A program made the translations under genes and the position numbers. A DNA stretch of 64,000 bases, from contig JACRDC010000049.1 of NCBI GenBank assembly GCA_016218705.1, forward strand, positions 21,660 through 85,659. Reading direction: 5' to 3'. Below are positions 1 through 9,706 of this stretch, in pieces (the stretch's first letter is position 1; each line of letters opens with the position of its first letter). The stretch comes from Desulfarculus sp. Lineage in GTDB: Bacteria; Desulfobacterota; Desulfarculia; Desulfarculales; Desulfarculaceae. The notes under the pieces were generated by a model. It ran no database searches and was not told the origin of the DNA. It was given only the letters and a program-made list of their open reading frames with translations.

Positions 1-2
1 TG

Positions 3-617
3 CACGATATCGCCCATCAGCGCGGCGCGGGCGCGGTGCTGGCCCTGGGCATCAAGAGCGCGGCGGCGGCCTGGGGCATGAGCGACCAGGCCATCCACGT
101 CAAGGGCCTGGAACCGGCGGGCTACGACCCCCGGGTGCTCAAGGGCATGGGCCTGGCCTACGGCACCAGCGACCGCGGGGCCTGCCACCTGCGCGCCACC
201 TTCTATAAACCCGAGCTGGCCGGCATGGTGGACCCCGAGGTGATTGAAGGCAAGGCCGCCACCTTCGTGGAGTGGGAGGACCGGCTGACCTTCTTCGACA
301 CCCTGATCCTGTGCCGCTTCTACCGCGACCTCTACCAGTGGGAGCAACTGGGCCAGATGGTCAAGGCGGTCACTGGCCTGGATTTGGAGCAGAATCAGTT
401 GCGGGCCATCGCCCGGACGGTGAGCGACGACACCCGGCGCTTCAACCTGCGCGAGGGGCTGGTGCCCAGCGACGACCGCCTGCCCGCGCGCTTCACCAGC
501 CAGGCCCTGCCCGAGACGGGCAAGACCATCAGCGCCCAGCAGATGGAGGTGATGCTCCAGGAGTACTACCAGGCCCGGGGCTGGGACCACGAGGGCCGGC
601 CGCCAAGGGAAAAGTAA
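3..617 (+). CDS. Aldehyde:ferredoxin oxidoreductase (W/Mo AOR family), C-terminal part, 5' truncated by window edge
   Basis: HVKGLEPAGYDPR, GLAYGTSDRGACHLR, FNLREG..DDRLPARF and EYYQARGWD are AOR-family motifs; frame is open from base 3. Confidence 0.9.
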   Translation, partial: HDIAHQRGAGAVLALGIKSAAAAWGMSDQAIHVKGLEPAGYDPRVLKGMGLAYGTSDRGACHLRATFYKPELAGMVDPEVIEGKAATFVEWEDRLTFFDTLILCRFYRDLYQWEQLGQMVKAVTGLDLEQNQLRAIARTVSDDTRRFNLREGLVPSDDRLPARFTSQALPETGKTISAQQMEVMLQEYYQARGWDHEGRPPREK

Positions 618-788
618 CCGCCGGTGGGGGCGAGACCGGCCCCGCCAGGGAGGAGACAAAAGGCGAGAGACAGCGCTTGTTCGGCAAGCCCGCGTCCTTG
701 GTTTTAGCGATGGGGGCCGCGCCCGCCATGGGGATGGCGGAGGCGGGGCCGGCCCGCGGCGAAACAATATCTAGCGAGGAGATGGGGC

Positions 789-2078
789 ATGGCTAAGAAG
801 GGCATGAGCAGAAGGCAGTTCATGAAGGCGGGCCTGTTGACCGCCGCCGCGGCGGCCCTGGGACCGGGGGTGCTCAAACCCACTGGCCTGTGGGCGGCCG
901 AGACCAAGATCAAGGGGCCGGTGAAAGTGGGCTACCAGACCGTTATGTCCGGCACCCTGGCCGGCTACGGCGAGTTCCACAAAATGGGCGCCCAGATGGC
1001 CGTGGAGGAGATCAACGCCGCCGGCGGCATCGGCGGCGTAAAGCTGGAGATGGAACTGCGCGACTCCACCCTCAAGGCCCCCGACGCCATCCAGAACGCC
1101 CGCTACTTCGTGGACTCCTGGGGCGCCGACTTCCTGGCCGGCGTGGACAGCTCCGGCCAGGCCCTGGCCCTGGCCCCGGTGATGGCCGAGCTGGACCGGG
1201 TGCTCATGGTCACCCACGCCGCCACCGAGAAGCTCACCGAGGAGCACGTCTTCAAGAACGGCGTGCGCCAGGTATTCCGCATGGTGACCCCCACCTACCA
1301 GGACGGCTACGCGGCGGCCATCGTGGCCAAGGACCTGCCCATCAAGACCTGGGCCACCATCAGCCCCAAGTACGAGTACGGCTTCACCTGCTGGGAGATG
1401 TTCAAGAGCACGCTCGCGGCCCTGCGCCCCGACGTCACCTTCACCGCCGAGTCCTGGGCGCCCTTTGGCACCACCGACTTCCGCTCGCACATCAACACCA
1501 TCATGGACGCCAAGCCCGAGGGCCTGTACTCGGTGGAGTGGGCCGGCGAACTCATCACCATGGTCAAGCAGGGCCAGCAGGCCGGGCTGTTCAAGCAGGT
1601 CAAGGAGGTCATGCTGCCGGTGGGCGCGGCCATGGACGTGCTGGAGGGCCTGGGACAGGAGCTGCCCGACAACATCTGGGTGTCGGGGCGCTACTACTTC
1701 CTCTACCCCACCAACCAGGCCAACAACGACTGGGTGGGGCGCTTCCACAAGCGCTGGCAGCACTACCCGGCCTACGTCTCCGAGGCGGCCTATTCCACCA
1801 TGTACGCCTTCAAGAAGGCCGTGGAGGCGGCGGGCAGCAAGGACACCAAGGCCGTGATCGGCGCCCTGGAGGGCATGAGCCTGGATACCCCGGCGGGCAC
1901 TCGCGTCTTCCGCAAGGAGGACCACCAGGCCATGTACGACGTGCCCTGGGGCCTGACCAAGAGCGATCCCAAGTACCCCTTCAAGATCATGGGCAAGCAG
2001 GTGGTGGTGCCGGCTTTAGCCTGCTTCGCGCGGCCGCCCTTTGATGGGCCGGCGAGCAAGCCTCCCTTCAAGTCCTGA
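789..2078 (+). CDS. ABC transporter substrate-binding protein, LIV/branched-chain type, Tat signal
   Basis: SRRQFMK twin-arginine motif; GAQMAVEEINAAGGIGG typical of LivJ/K family; heads a livHMGF-like set. Confidence 0.9.
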   Translation: MAKKGMSRRQFMKAGLLTAAAAALGPGVLKPTGLWAAETKIKGPVKVGYQTVMSGTLAGYGEFHKMGAQMAVEEINAAGGIGGVKLEMELRDSTLKAPDAIQNARYFVDSWGADFLAGVDSSGQALALAPVMAELDRVLMVTHAATEKLTEEHVFKNGVRQVFRMVTPTYQDGYAAAIVAKDLPIKTWATISPKYEYGFTCWEMFKSTLAALRPDVTFTAESWAPFGTTDFRSHINTIMDAKPEGLYSVEWAGELITMVKQGQQAGLFKQVKEVMLPVGAAMDVLEGLGQELPDNIWVSGRYYFLYPTNQANNDWVGRFHKRWQHYPAYVSEAAYSTMYAFKKAVEAAGSKDTKAVIGALEGMSLDTPAGTRVFRKEDHQAMYDVPWGLTKSDPKYPFKIMGKQVVVPALACFARPPFDGPASKPPFKS

Positions 2079-2137
2079 CGCCACTAACGGCCCCGGTCCC
2101 TTTGGGCCGGGGCCGATTTCGCTCCGGGAGCCTGTCC

Positions 2138-3007
2138 ATGCTGGAGTCCATAGTCCACGTCTGCCTGGCCGGCCTGTCGGGCGGCATGTTCATCTGGCTG
2201 GTGGCCAGCGGCCTGACCCTGATTTTCGGGGTGCTGGGGGTGCTCAACTTCGCCCACGGCAGCTTCTACATGCTGGGCGCCTACCTGTGCTTCAGCGTGC
2301 TGCGCGCCCTGGGCCAGAACTTCTGGTGGGGCCTCTTGCTGGGGCCTTTGGTGGTGGCCGCCGTGGGCTACCTGGTGGAGCGCTTCTTTTTGCGCCGGGT
2401 CTACGGCCTGGAGTTGCCCTACCAGTTGCTACTCACCTTCGCCTTCGTGCTGCTCTTCGATGACCTGGTCAAGATACTCTGGGGGGCCGGCTCCCTGGGC
2501 GCCCCGGGCGCCCCTGGCCTCACGGACTCGGTGCCCATCCTGGGCCGCCAGTTTCCCGTGTACAACCTCTTCGTCATCGCCGTGGGTCCCCTGGTGGCCG
2601 TGGGGTTGTGGGCGCTGTTGGAGAAGACCTGGGCCGGCCGCATCATCCGCGCCTCCTCCTCCGACCGCGAGATGGCTAGCGCCCTGGGGGTCAAGGTGCC
2701 GGCCCTGTTCACGGCGGTCTTCGTCTTCGGCTCCTGGCTGGGGGCCTTGGGCGGGGGCCTGGCCGTGCCCTACCTGGGGCTTCTGACCCCGGGCATGGGC
2801 GAGCAGGTCATCATCGAGGCCTTCGTGGTGGCGGTGATCGGCGGCTTGGGCAGCCTCAAGGGGGCCTTCCTGGGCGCGCTCTTGATCGGCCTGCTCTCGG
2901 CCTTTGGCACGCGTTTTTTGCCGGCCTTCGACATGTTCCTCACCTTCATCCTCATGGCCGGCGTGCTCTTGTGGCGGCCACAGGGCTTTTTCGGGGAGAA
3001 ACGCTAG
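2138..3007 (+). CDS. Branched-chain-type ABC permease (LivH-like)
   Basis: ASGLTLIFGVLGVLNFAHGSFYM motif, hydrophobic; ATG 2138 after GGGAG. Confidence 0.9.
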   Translation: MLESIVHVCLAGLSGGMFIWLVASGLTLIFGVLGVLNFAHGSFYMLGAYLCFSVLRALGQNFWWGLLLGPLVVAAVGYLVERFFLRRVYGLELPYQLLLTFAFVLLFDDLVKILWGAGSLGAPGAPGLTDSVPILGRQFPVYNLFVIAVGPLVAVGLWALLEKTWAGRIIRASSSDREMASALGVKVPALFTAVFVFGSWLGALGGGLAVPYLGLLTPGMGEQVIIEAFVVAVIGGLGSLKGAFLGALLIGLLSAFGTRFLPAFDMFLTFILMAGVLLWRPQGFFGEKR

Positions 3008-3970
3008 ATGCAAAACAGGCAGGCATACCTGGCCGCCGCCGCTCTCCTGGTGGGCCTGGCACTGTTGGGGCTGTGGGGTGAGCGGTTCCTGCTCTACCTG
3101 GCCATGCGGGTGATGATCCTGGCCATCTTCGCCCTGGGCTTCGATCTGCTCTTTGGGCGCACGGGGCTTCTTTCCTTTGGCCATGGTGCCTTCTACGCCG
3201 GCGGGGCCTACGGCACGGCCCTGTGCTATTTGCACCTGAGCAAGGACCCCCTGCTGTGCCTCTTGGCCGGCCTGCTGTTGGCCACGGCCTTGGCGCTGAT
3301 CGTGGGCTTTTTTTGCGTGCGGCACACCGAAATTTACTTCGCCATGCTCACCCTGGCCTTCGGCATGATGATCTTCTCGCTGGTGTGGAACCTGCGCGAG
3401 ATCACCGGCGGCGACGACGGCCTGGTGGGCATCAGCCGCCAGGCCATCAACCTGGGGTTGGCCAAATTGCCACTGCGCAAGGAGGGGCAATTCTACTTCC
3501 TGGTGCTCTCCTGCTTCGGCCTGGTACTGTACGCCGTGCACCGCATCCGCTCCTCGCCCTTCGGCCTTATCCTGGCCGGCATACGCGAAAACCACCTGCG
3601 GGCCGAGTTCGCCGGGGCCAACATCAAGAACTACCGCCTGGCGGCCTTCGTGATCTCGGGCTTCCTGGCCGGCCTGGCCGGTGGCCTGGGGGTGCTCCTG
3701 GAGAGCAACGCCGCGCCCTTTGCCGCCCACTGGAGCCACTCCTCGGAGCCGGTGCTGGTCAGCCTCATCGGCGGGCTCAACACCCTGGCCGGGCCGCTGG
3801 TGGGCAGCTTCGTCTTCATCGTGCTCAAGGAAGTGGTCATGCGCGTCACGCCCTACTGGATGCTCTGGTTCGGCGTGGTGCTCCTGGTGATCCTCCTGGG
3901 CTTCAGGGGCGGGGTGGTGGGCACCCTGGCCCAGGCCCTGGGGCGTGGGGCCAAGGAGGCGCGCTCATGA
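3008..3970 (+). CDS. Branched-chain-type ABC permease (LivM-like)
   Basis: GLLSFGHGAFY, YFAMLTLAFG, TGGDDG motifs. Confidence 0.9.
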   Translation: MQNRQAYLAAAALLVGLALLGLWGERFLLYLAMRVMILAIFALGFDLLFGRTGLLSFGHGAFYAGGAYGTALCYLHLSKDPLLCLLAGLLLATALALIVGFFCVRHTEIYFAMLTLAFGMMIFSLVWNLREITGGDDGLVGISRQAINLGLAKLPLRKEGQFYFLVLSCFGLVLYAVHRIRSSPFGLILAGIRENHLRAEFAGANIKNYRLAAFVISGFLAGLAGGLGVLLESNAAPFAAHWSHSSEPVLVSLIGGLNTLAGPLVGSFVFIVLKEVVMRVTPYWMLWFGVVLLVILLGFRGGVVGTLAQALGRGAKEARS

Positions 3971-4725
3971 GCGCGCCGCTGATGGAGGTGCGCGGGCTCA
4001 GCAAGGCCTTCGGCAAGGTCGTCACCGCCCGCAATATAGACCTGGCCTTCCAGGCCGGGGAGCTGACCAGCATCATCGGACCCAATGGCGCCGGCAAGTC
4101 CACCTTTATCAACATGATGTCCGGCTCGCTGGCGGTGGACGCCGGCGCCATACTTTTTCTGGGCCGCGATGTGACCAGGCTGCCCATCCATGAGCGGGTG
4201 GGCCTGGGGCTGTGCCGCAGCTTCCAGGTGGTCAATGTCTTCCCGGGGTTGACCGTCTTCGAGAACGTGGAGATACCCGTGCTGGTGGCCGCCAAGAGGG
4301 CCACGCGCTTCTTCGCGCCGCGCGCCAGGGAGGCCCAGGCCCACGAGGCGGTTCGGGAGGTGCTGGAGCGGGTGGGCCTGGCCGCGCGGGCCGAGGTCAA
4401 GGCCAGCGAGCTGAGCCACGGCGACCAGCGCCTGCTGGAGGTGGCCGTGGCCCTGGCCGCCCGGCCCAAGCTGTTGTTTTTGGACGAGCCCACGGCGGGC
4501 ATGAACCCGGTGGAGCGGGTGGAGATACTCAAGCACATCCGCCGTCTCAACCAGGAGGGCGGGACCACCTTCATCATTGTGGAGCACGACATGGACATCG
4601 TCTTCTCGCTCTCCGACCGGGTGGTGGTGCTGCACCGCGGCGACGTCATCTGCGACGGCCCGCCGGCGCACGTGCAGTGCGACCCCCAGGTGCGCGAGTG
4701 CTACCTGGGCGAGGAGGTGGCGTGA
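3967..4725 (+). CDS. ABC ATPase (LivG-like)
   Basis: GPNGAGKST Walker A, LSHGDQR, LFLDEP, VEHDMD; ATGA overlap with upstream gene. Confidence 0.92.
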   Translation: MSAPLMEVRGLSKAFGKVVTARNIDLAFQAGELTSIIGPNGAGKSTFINMMSGSLAVDAGAILFLGRDVTRLPIHERVGLGLCRSFQVVNVFPGLTVFENVEIPVLVAAKRATRFFAPRAREAQAHEAVREVLERVGLAARAEVKASELSHGDQRLLEVAVALAARPKLLFLDEPTAGMNPVERVEILKHIRRLNQEGGTTFIIVEHDMDIVFSLSDRVVVLHRGDVICDGPPAHVQCDPQVRECYLGEEVA

Positions 4726-5426
4726 TGCTCCTGGAGGTCGGCGCCATAGACACCTTTTACGGCACCTCGCACATCCTGCAGCAGGTGAGCCTGACCGTGG
4801 AGGCCGGCGAGGTGGTGGCCCTGTTGGGGCGCAATGGCGTGGGCAAGACCACCACCCTGCGCTCCATCATGGGGCTCACCCCGCCCAAGGCCGGCGGCGT
4901 GCGCCTGCAAGACAAGCCCTTGAACGGCCTGGGCGCCCACGCCATCTCCCGGCTGGGCGTGGCCTACATGCCCGACGACCTGCGCATCTTCCCGGACCTG
5001 ACCTGCGAGGAGAACCTCCTGATCGCCCAGAAGCTCTCGCCCCGCCAGGGCTACTGGGACCAGGAGCGCGTGGAGGCCCTGTTCCCGGTGCTGGCCGAGC
5101 GGCGCCGCCAAAAGGGACTGAACCTCAGCGGCGGCGAGAAGAAAATGTTGGCCATGGGCCGGGCGCTCATGGCCAACCCCCAGCTCATCCTCATGGACGA
5201 GCCCTCGGAGGGCCTGGCGCCCCTGATCGTGCGCGCCCTGGTCCTGGCCATCGCCGAGATTCGCGGCCACGGGGTCACCATCCTCTTGGCCGATCAAAAC
5301 CTGAAATTCTGCCGCCAGGTCTGCGACCGGGGCTACATCATCGAGAAGGGGCGCATCGTGCACCAGGGTGGCATGGAAGAAATCTGGGCCAACGAGGACG
5401 TGGTCAAGAAATACCTGGCGCTGTGA
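4725..5426 (+). CDS. ABC ATPase (LivF-like)
   Basis: GRNGVGKTT, LSGGEKKM, LMDEPSEGLAP; TGATG overlap. Confidence 0.92.
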   Translation: MLLEVGAIDTFYGTSHILQQVSLTVEAGEVVALLGRNGVGKTTTLRSIMGLTPPKAGGVRLQDKPLNGLGAHAISRLGVAYMPDDLRIFPDLTCEENLLIAQKLSPRQGYWDQERVEALFPVLAERRRQKGLNLSGGEKKMLAMGRALMANPQLILMDEPSEGLAPLIVRALVLAIAEIRGHGVTILLADQNLKFCRQVCDRGYIIEKGRIVHQGGMEEIWANEDVVKKYLAL

Positions 5427-5466
5427 GCCGGCGCGGCCGTGGGGCTAATAACGAGCGAGGCGCGTG

Positions 5467-6228
5467 ATGCTCGACATCTTCGATCTCAGCGGCAAGGTGG
5501 CCATGGTCACCGGCGCCAGCCGTGGGCTAGGTGAGGCGGCGGCCAAGGGCCTGGCCAAGGCCGGGGCCGACCTGGCCCTCTGCGGCCGCAACGCCGCCGA
5601 CCTGGAGCGGGTGGCCGGCCAGATTCGCGATCTGGGCCGCCAGGCCCAGGGCTTCCACCTGGACGTGCTTTCCAAGACCAACGTGCACGAGGGCGTGGCC
5701 AGCATACTGGATCACTTCGGCCGGGTGGACATCCTGGTCAACAACGCCGGGGTCAACAACCGCCAGCCGGTGCTGGAGTTCCCCGAGGAGGCCTGGGACC
5801 TGATCCTGGCCACCAACCTCAAGGGCTACTTCCTGGTCAGCCAGGCCGTGGCGCCCCAGATGCTTGAACGAGGCTACGGCAAGATCATCAACATGAGCTC
5901 CATCCTGGGGGCCGTGGGCTTGCCCGGCCAGGTGGCCTACGCCTCCAGCAAGGGCGGAGTGGACCAGCTTACCAAGGTCATGGCCCTGGAGTGGGCCAAG
6001 CTGGGGGTGCGGGTCAACGCCGTGGCCCCAACTTACTTTGAGACCGAGCTGGTCAAGCCCCTGCGCAACGACCCCGAGCGCTTCAACTTCATCAACGAGC
6101 GCACGCCCATGGGCCGTTGGGGCTACCCCCAGGAGCTGGAGGGCCTGGTCATTTTCCTGGCCGCCCAGGCCTCGGACTTCATCACCGGCCAGACCATCTA
6201 CATAGACGGTGGCTGGACCATCTGGTAA
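5467..6228 (+). CDS. Short-chain dehydrogenase/reductase
   Basis: TGASRGLG, NNAG, YASSK catalytic motif, DGG at C-terminus. Confidence 0.92.
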   Translation: MLDIFDLSGKVAMVTGASRGLGEAAAKGLAKAGADLALCGRNAADLERVAGQIRDLGRQAQGFHLDVLSKTNVHEGVASILDHFGRVDILVNNAGVNNRQPVLEFPEEAWDLILATNLKGYFLVSQAVAPQMLERGYGKIINMSSILGAVGLPGQVAYASSKGGVDQLTKVMALEWAKLGVRVNAVAPTYFETELVKPLRNDPERFNFINERTPMGRWGYPQELEGLVIFLAAQASDFITGQTIYIDGGWTIW

Positions 6229-6241
6229 GGGAGCGCCCGTC

Positions 6242-7777
6242 ATGCTGGTGCACGAAATCCTGGAGTACTCCGCGCGGCGCCTGCCCGGCAAGACCGCCCT
6301 GGTGGAGGGCGACACCTCCCTGACCTATGCCCAGGCCTGGTCCAGGGTGCAGGCCCTGGCCGCCGGTCTGGCCGCCCAGGGCGTGCGCCCCGGCGACCGG
6401 GTGGCCCTCTTGTTCCCCAACTGCCTGGAGTTCTGCCTGGCCTATTTTGCGGTGCTTAGCCTGGGGGCCGTGGCCGTGCCCCTGAACAACCGCCTGGCCA
6501 GCCGCGAGTTCGCCTACATCGTGGGCGACGCCGGCCCCAAGGTGCTGATGCTGGGCCAGCAGTTCTGGGAGGCCTACCAGGGCTTCCGGGACGAACTTAC
6601 CCAGCAGCCGCTGCTGGTATGCGCCGGCCCCGACTGCCCGGACGGCGCCTTGTCTTTCGACGGCCTGTGCGCGACCGGTCAGACCCCGGCAGCCCCGCCG
6701 GCGCTTGACTCCGGCAGCCCCGCCTGCATCATGTACACCTCGGGCACCACGGGCCTGCCCAAGGGCGCGGTGATGAGCCACGGCAACATCTTCGCCAACG
6801 CGCGCAACTGCGGCGCCCATCTTAACTACCGCCAGAGCGACGTCACCCTGATCGTGGTGCCCCTGTTCCACGTCACCGGCCTCAACTCCCAACTGGTGGC
6901 CATGGCCTACGTGGGCGGCTCATGCGTGATAATGCGCGCCTACAACACCGCCCAGATGATCGAGCTCATCGCCCGCCACCGGGTCAGCATCACCTTCAAG
7001 GTGCCCACCATGTATACCCTGATGCTGGTCAGCCCATCCCTGGAACAGCACGACCTGGCCAGCCTGCGCCTGGCCGCCTATGGCGGGGCGCCCATGGACC
7101 CCGCCACCATCGAGGCCTTGCAGCAAAGGCTGGGCGTGGACCTGTACAACGCCTACGGGCTAACCGAGACCAGTTCGCTGGCCACCGTGCTGCCCTGCTG
7201 CGACGCCCTGCGCAAGGCCGGCTCGGTGGGCCTGGCGGTCACCGGCGTCAATCTGAAGGTGGTGGACGGCCAGGGCCAGGCCCTGCCCGCCGGCCTGGTG
7301 GGCGAGCTGTGGGCGCAGGGCCCCAATGTGGTGCAGAGCTACTGGAACAAGCCCCAGGCCAGCGCCGAGAGCCTGGGCGGCGGCTGGCTGCGCACCGGCG
7401 ACGTGGCGCGCATTGACGGCGAGGGGTTCGTCTACATCGTGGACCGCAAGAAGGACATGATCTGCCGGGGCGGCGAGAACATCTACTCCATCGAGGTGGA
7501 GGCGGCGCTGCTCAAGCACCCCCAGGTGATGGAGGCCGCCGTGGTGCCCAGGCCCCACTCCATCTTCCAGGAGGTGGTGCACGCCTTCTTGGTTCTCAAG
7601 CCCGGCGGCCAGGCCAGCGAGGACGAGATCATCGCCCACTGCCGCCGGCACATCGCCGACTTCAAGGCGCCGGCCTCGGTAAGCTTCGTGGAGGCCATGC
7701 CGCGCAACCCCGGCGGCAAGGTGCTGAAAAACGTGCTGCGCCAGGAGGTGCCCCCCGGCGATCCCCCCCGGCGCTAG
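6242..7777 (+). CDS. Acyl-CoA synthetase / AMP-dependent ligase
   Basis: YTSGTTGLPKG, YGLTE, WLRTGD, DRKKDMICRGGENIY, GKVLK. Confidence 0.93.
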   Translation: MLVHEILEYSARRLPGKTALVEGDTSLTYAQAWSRVQALAAGLAAQGVRPGDRVALLFPNCLEFCLAYFAVLSLGAVAVPLNNRLASREFAYIVGDAGPKVLMLGQQFWEAYQGFRDELTQQPLLVCAGPDCPDGALSFDGLCATGQTPAAPPALDSGSPACIMYTSGTTGLPKGAVMSHGNIFANARNCGAHLNYRQSDVTLIVVPLFHVTGLNSQLVAMAYVGGSCVIMRAYNTAQMIELIARHRVSITFKVPTMYTLMLVSPSLEQHDLASLRLAAYGGAPMDPATIEALQQRLGVDLYNAYGLTETSSLATVLPCCDALRKAGSVGLAVTGVNLKVVDGQGQALPAGLVGELWAQGPNVVQSYWNKPQASAESLGGGWLRTGDVARIDGEGFVYIVDRKKDMICRGGENIYSIEVEAALLKHPQVMEAAVVPRPHSIFQEVVHAFLVLKPGGQASEDEIIAHCRRHIADFKAPASVSFVEAMPRNPGGKVLKNVLRQEVPPGDPPRR

Positions 7778-7789
7778 GGGCCAACGCCC

Positions 7790-8053
7790 GTGCGCGTGGC
7801 GCTGAAATTCTGCGGGGGGTGCGACCCTGGCTTTGAACGCGGGGAATACTGGCAGGCCATCGCCCGGGCCGCCGGCCCAGAGATAGAGTGGGCGCGCCTG
7901 GAGGAAGAAGGCTGCCAGGCCGTGCTGCTGATCTGCGGCTGCGACACGGCCTGCCCACAGAAGGACATGCCCCCGGGCCTCAGACAGGTCTGCCTGAAAG
8001 ACGACCGCCTGGCCCCCGGCCAGGTGGTGAAAAAAATACTCCAGAAAGAGTGA
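7790..8053 (+). CDS. Small Cys-rich hypothetical protein (CGGC...CGC..AC)
   Basis: 87-aa ORF packed between ligase and abfD with KFCGGCDP and LICGCDTAC. Confidence 0.7.
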   Translation: MRVALKFCGGCDPGFERGEYWQAIARAAGPEIEWARLEEEGCQAVLLICGCDTACPQKDMPPGLRQVCLKDDRLAPGQVVKKILQKE

Positions 8054-8057
8054 AACC

Positions 8058-9500
8058 ATGAAGACCATACGCACCAAGGAAGACTACCTGCAAAGCCTGC
8101 GCGAGCTGGGCAGCGTCATCTATTTCAACGGCCAGCGGGTGGCCGACATCACCACCCACCCGGCCTTCATCCCCCACATCAACGCCGCCGCCAAGACCTA
8201 CGAGCTGGCCCAGCGCCCCGAGAGCGAGGACCTGGCCACGGCAATCAGCCACCTGACGGGCAAGCGCATCAATCGCTTCACGCACATCCATCAGTCGGTG
8301 GAGGACCTGATAAAGAAGGTCCAACTCCTCAGGCTCATCGCCCACGAGACCGGCAGTTGCTTCCAGCGCTGCGTGGGCTGGGACGCCATGAACGCCACCT
8401 ACATGACCACCTATGAGATTGACCAGAAGCACGGCACGCAGTATCACGCGCGCTTCGTGGAGTTCTTGAAGCGCATCCAGAGCGAAAACTTCATGCTGGT
8501 GGGCGGCATGACCGACCCCAAGGGCGACCGCTCCCTGCCCCCGGCCCAACAGGAGGACCTTGACCTCTTCACCCACGTGGTGGAGAAAAACGACAAGGGC
8601 ATCGTCATCCGGGGCGCCAAGGCCCACCAGACCGGCGGGGCCAACAGCCACGAGATACTGCTCATGCCCACCCAGGCCATGCGCCCCGATGACGCCGACT
8701 TCGCCCTGGTGGCGGCGGTGCCACTGAACGCGCCTGGAGTGGTGCAGATCTTCGGACGCCAGACCAACGACGAGCGCAAGCTGACCGGTGGCATGGACGC
8801 CGGCAACCCGGACTACGGCCTGGTGGGCGGCGAGACGCTCATCGTCTTCGAAAACGTCTTCGTGCCCTGGGAGCGCGTCTTCATGCTGGGCGAGACCGAG
8901 TTCGCCGGCCTGTTGGTGGAGCGCTTCGCCACCCTGCACCGCCAGAACTACGGCGGCTGCAAGGGCGGGGTCAGCGACATCCTGGTGGGGGCCTGCGCCT
9001 TGGCCAGCGAGATGCAGGGCTCGGCCAAGGCCAGCCACGTCAAGGAGAAGCTGGCCGAGATGATGCACCTGGCCGAGACCCTCTACGCCGGCTCGGTGGC
9101 CTGCTCGGCCATGGGCTCCAAGACGGCCAGCGGCGCCTTCTACCCCGACCCGCTCCTGGCCAACTGCACCAAGCACAACGTCACCCGCCACATCTACGAG
9201 ATCGCCCGCCTGGCCCACGACGTGGCCGGCGGCATCCTGGCCACCATGCCCTCTGAGAAAGACCTCAATAGCCCCGAGGTGGGCGGCTACGTGCGCAAGT
9301 ACATGGCCGGGGTCAAGGGCGTCTCTCCCGAGAACCGCATGCGCATCCTGCGCCTGATCGAGAACATGACCAGCGGCACCGCCTTGGTGGAGTCCATGCA
9401 CGGCGCCGGCTCGCCCCAGACCCAGAAGGTGATGTACGGCCGCCTGGGCAAGATGGACATGAAGAAGAAGATGGCCGCCAAGCTGGCGGGGGTTCAGTAG
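8058..9500 (+). CDS. abfD: 4-hydroxybutyryl-CoA dehydratase/vinylacetyl-CoA isomerase
   Basis: SCFQRCVG and HRQNYGGCK [4Fe-4S] ligand motifs, MTDPKGDR, GAKAHQTG, ESMHGAGSPQ. Confidence 0.88.
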   Translation: MKTIRTKEDYLQSLRELGSVIYFNGQRVADITTHPAFIPHINAAAKTYELAQRPESEDLATAISHLTGKRINRFTHIHQSVEDLIKKVQLLRLIAHETGSCFQRCVGWDAMNATYMTTYEIDQKHGTQYHARFVEFLKRIQSENFMLVGGMTDPKGDRSLPPAQQEDLDLFTHVVEKNDKGIVIRGAKAHQTGGANSHEILLMPTQAMRPDDADFALVAAVPLNAPGVVQIFGRQTNDERKLTGGMDAGNPDYGLVGGETLIVFENVFVPWERVFMLGETEFAGLLVERFATLHRQNYGGCKGGVSDILVGACALASEMQGSAKASHVKEKLAEMMHLAETLYAGSVACSAMGSKTASGAFYPDPLLANCTKHNVTRHIYEIARLAHDVAGGILATMPSEKDLNSPEVGGYVRKYMAGVKGVSPENRMRILRLIENMTSGTALVESMHGAGSPQTQKVMYGRLGKMDMKKKMAAKLAGVQ

Positions 9501-9631
9501 GGCGCGGCCCACAACGACGCGATTGGGACAAGACGGGCGGGGGTCGAGTGCCTCGACTCCCAATGCGGGTCGGGAGACGCTCTACCCTGACCAACCCCGT
9601 CGGCTCCCGTACAGACCTTGTTGAACATACA

Positions 9632-9655
9632 AGGGGCGGGGGTTATCCCCGCCCG
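9632..9655 (+). repeat. REP-like palindrome (GTAG-family), degenerate copy
   Basis: AGGGGCGGGGGTTATCCCCGCCCG matches copies at 31398-31467 and 36353-36436. Confidence 0.65.
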
Positions 9656-9706
9656 CTTTTTGCCCTGATGGGAGCCATGGATTCGCCGAACGGCGTATGC
9701 CTGGGC

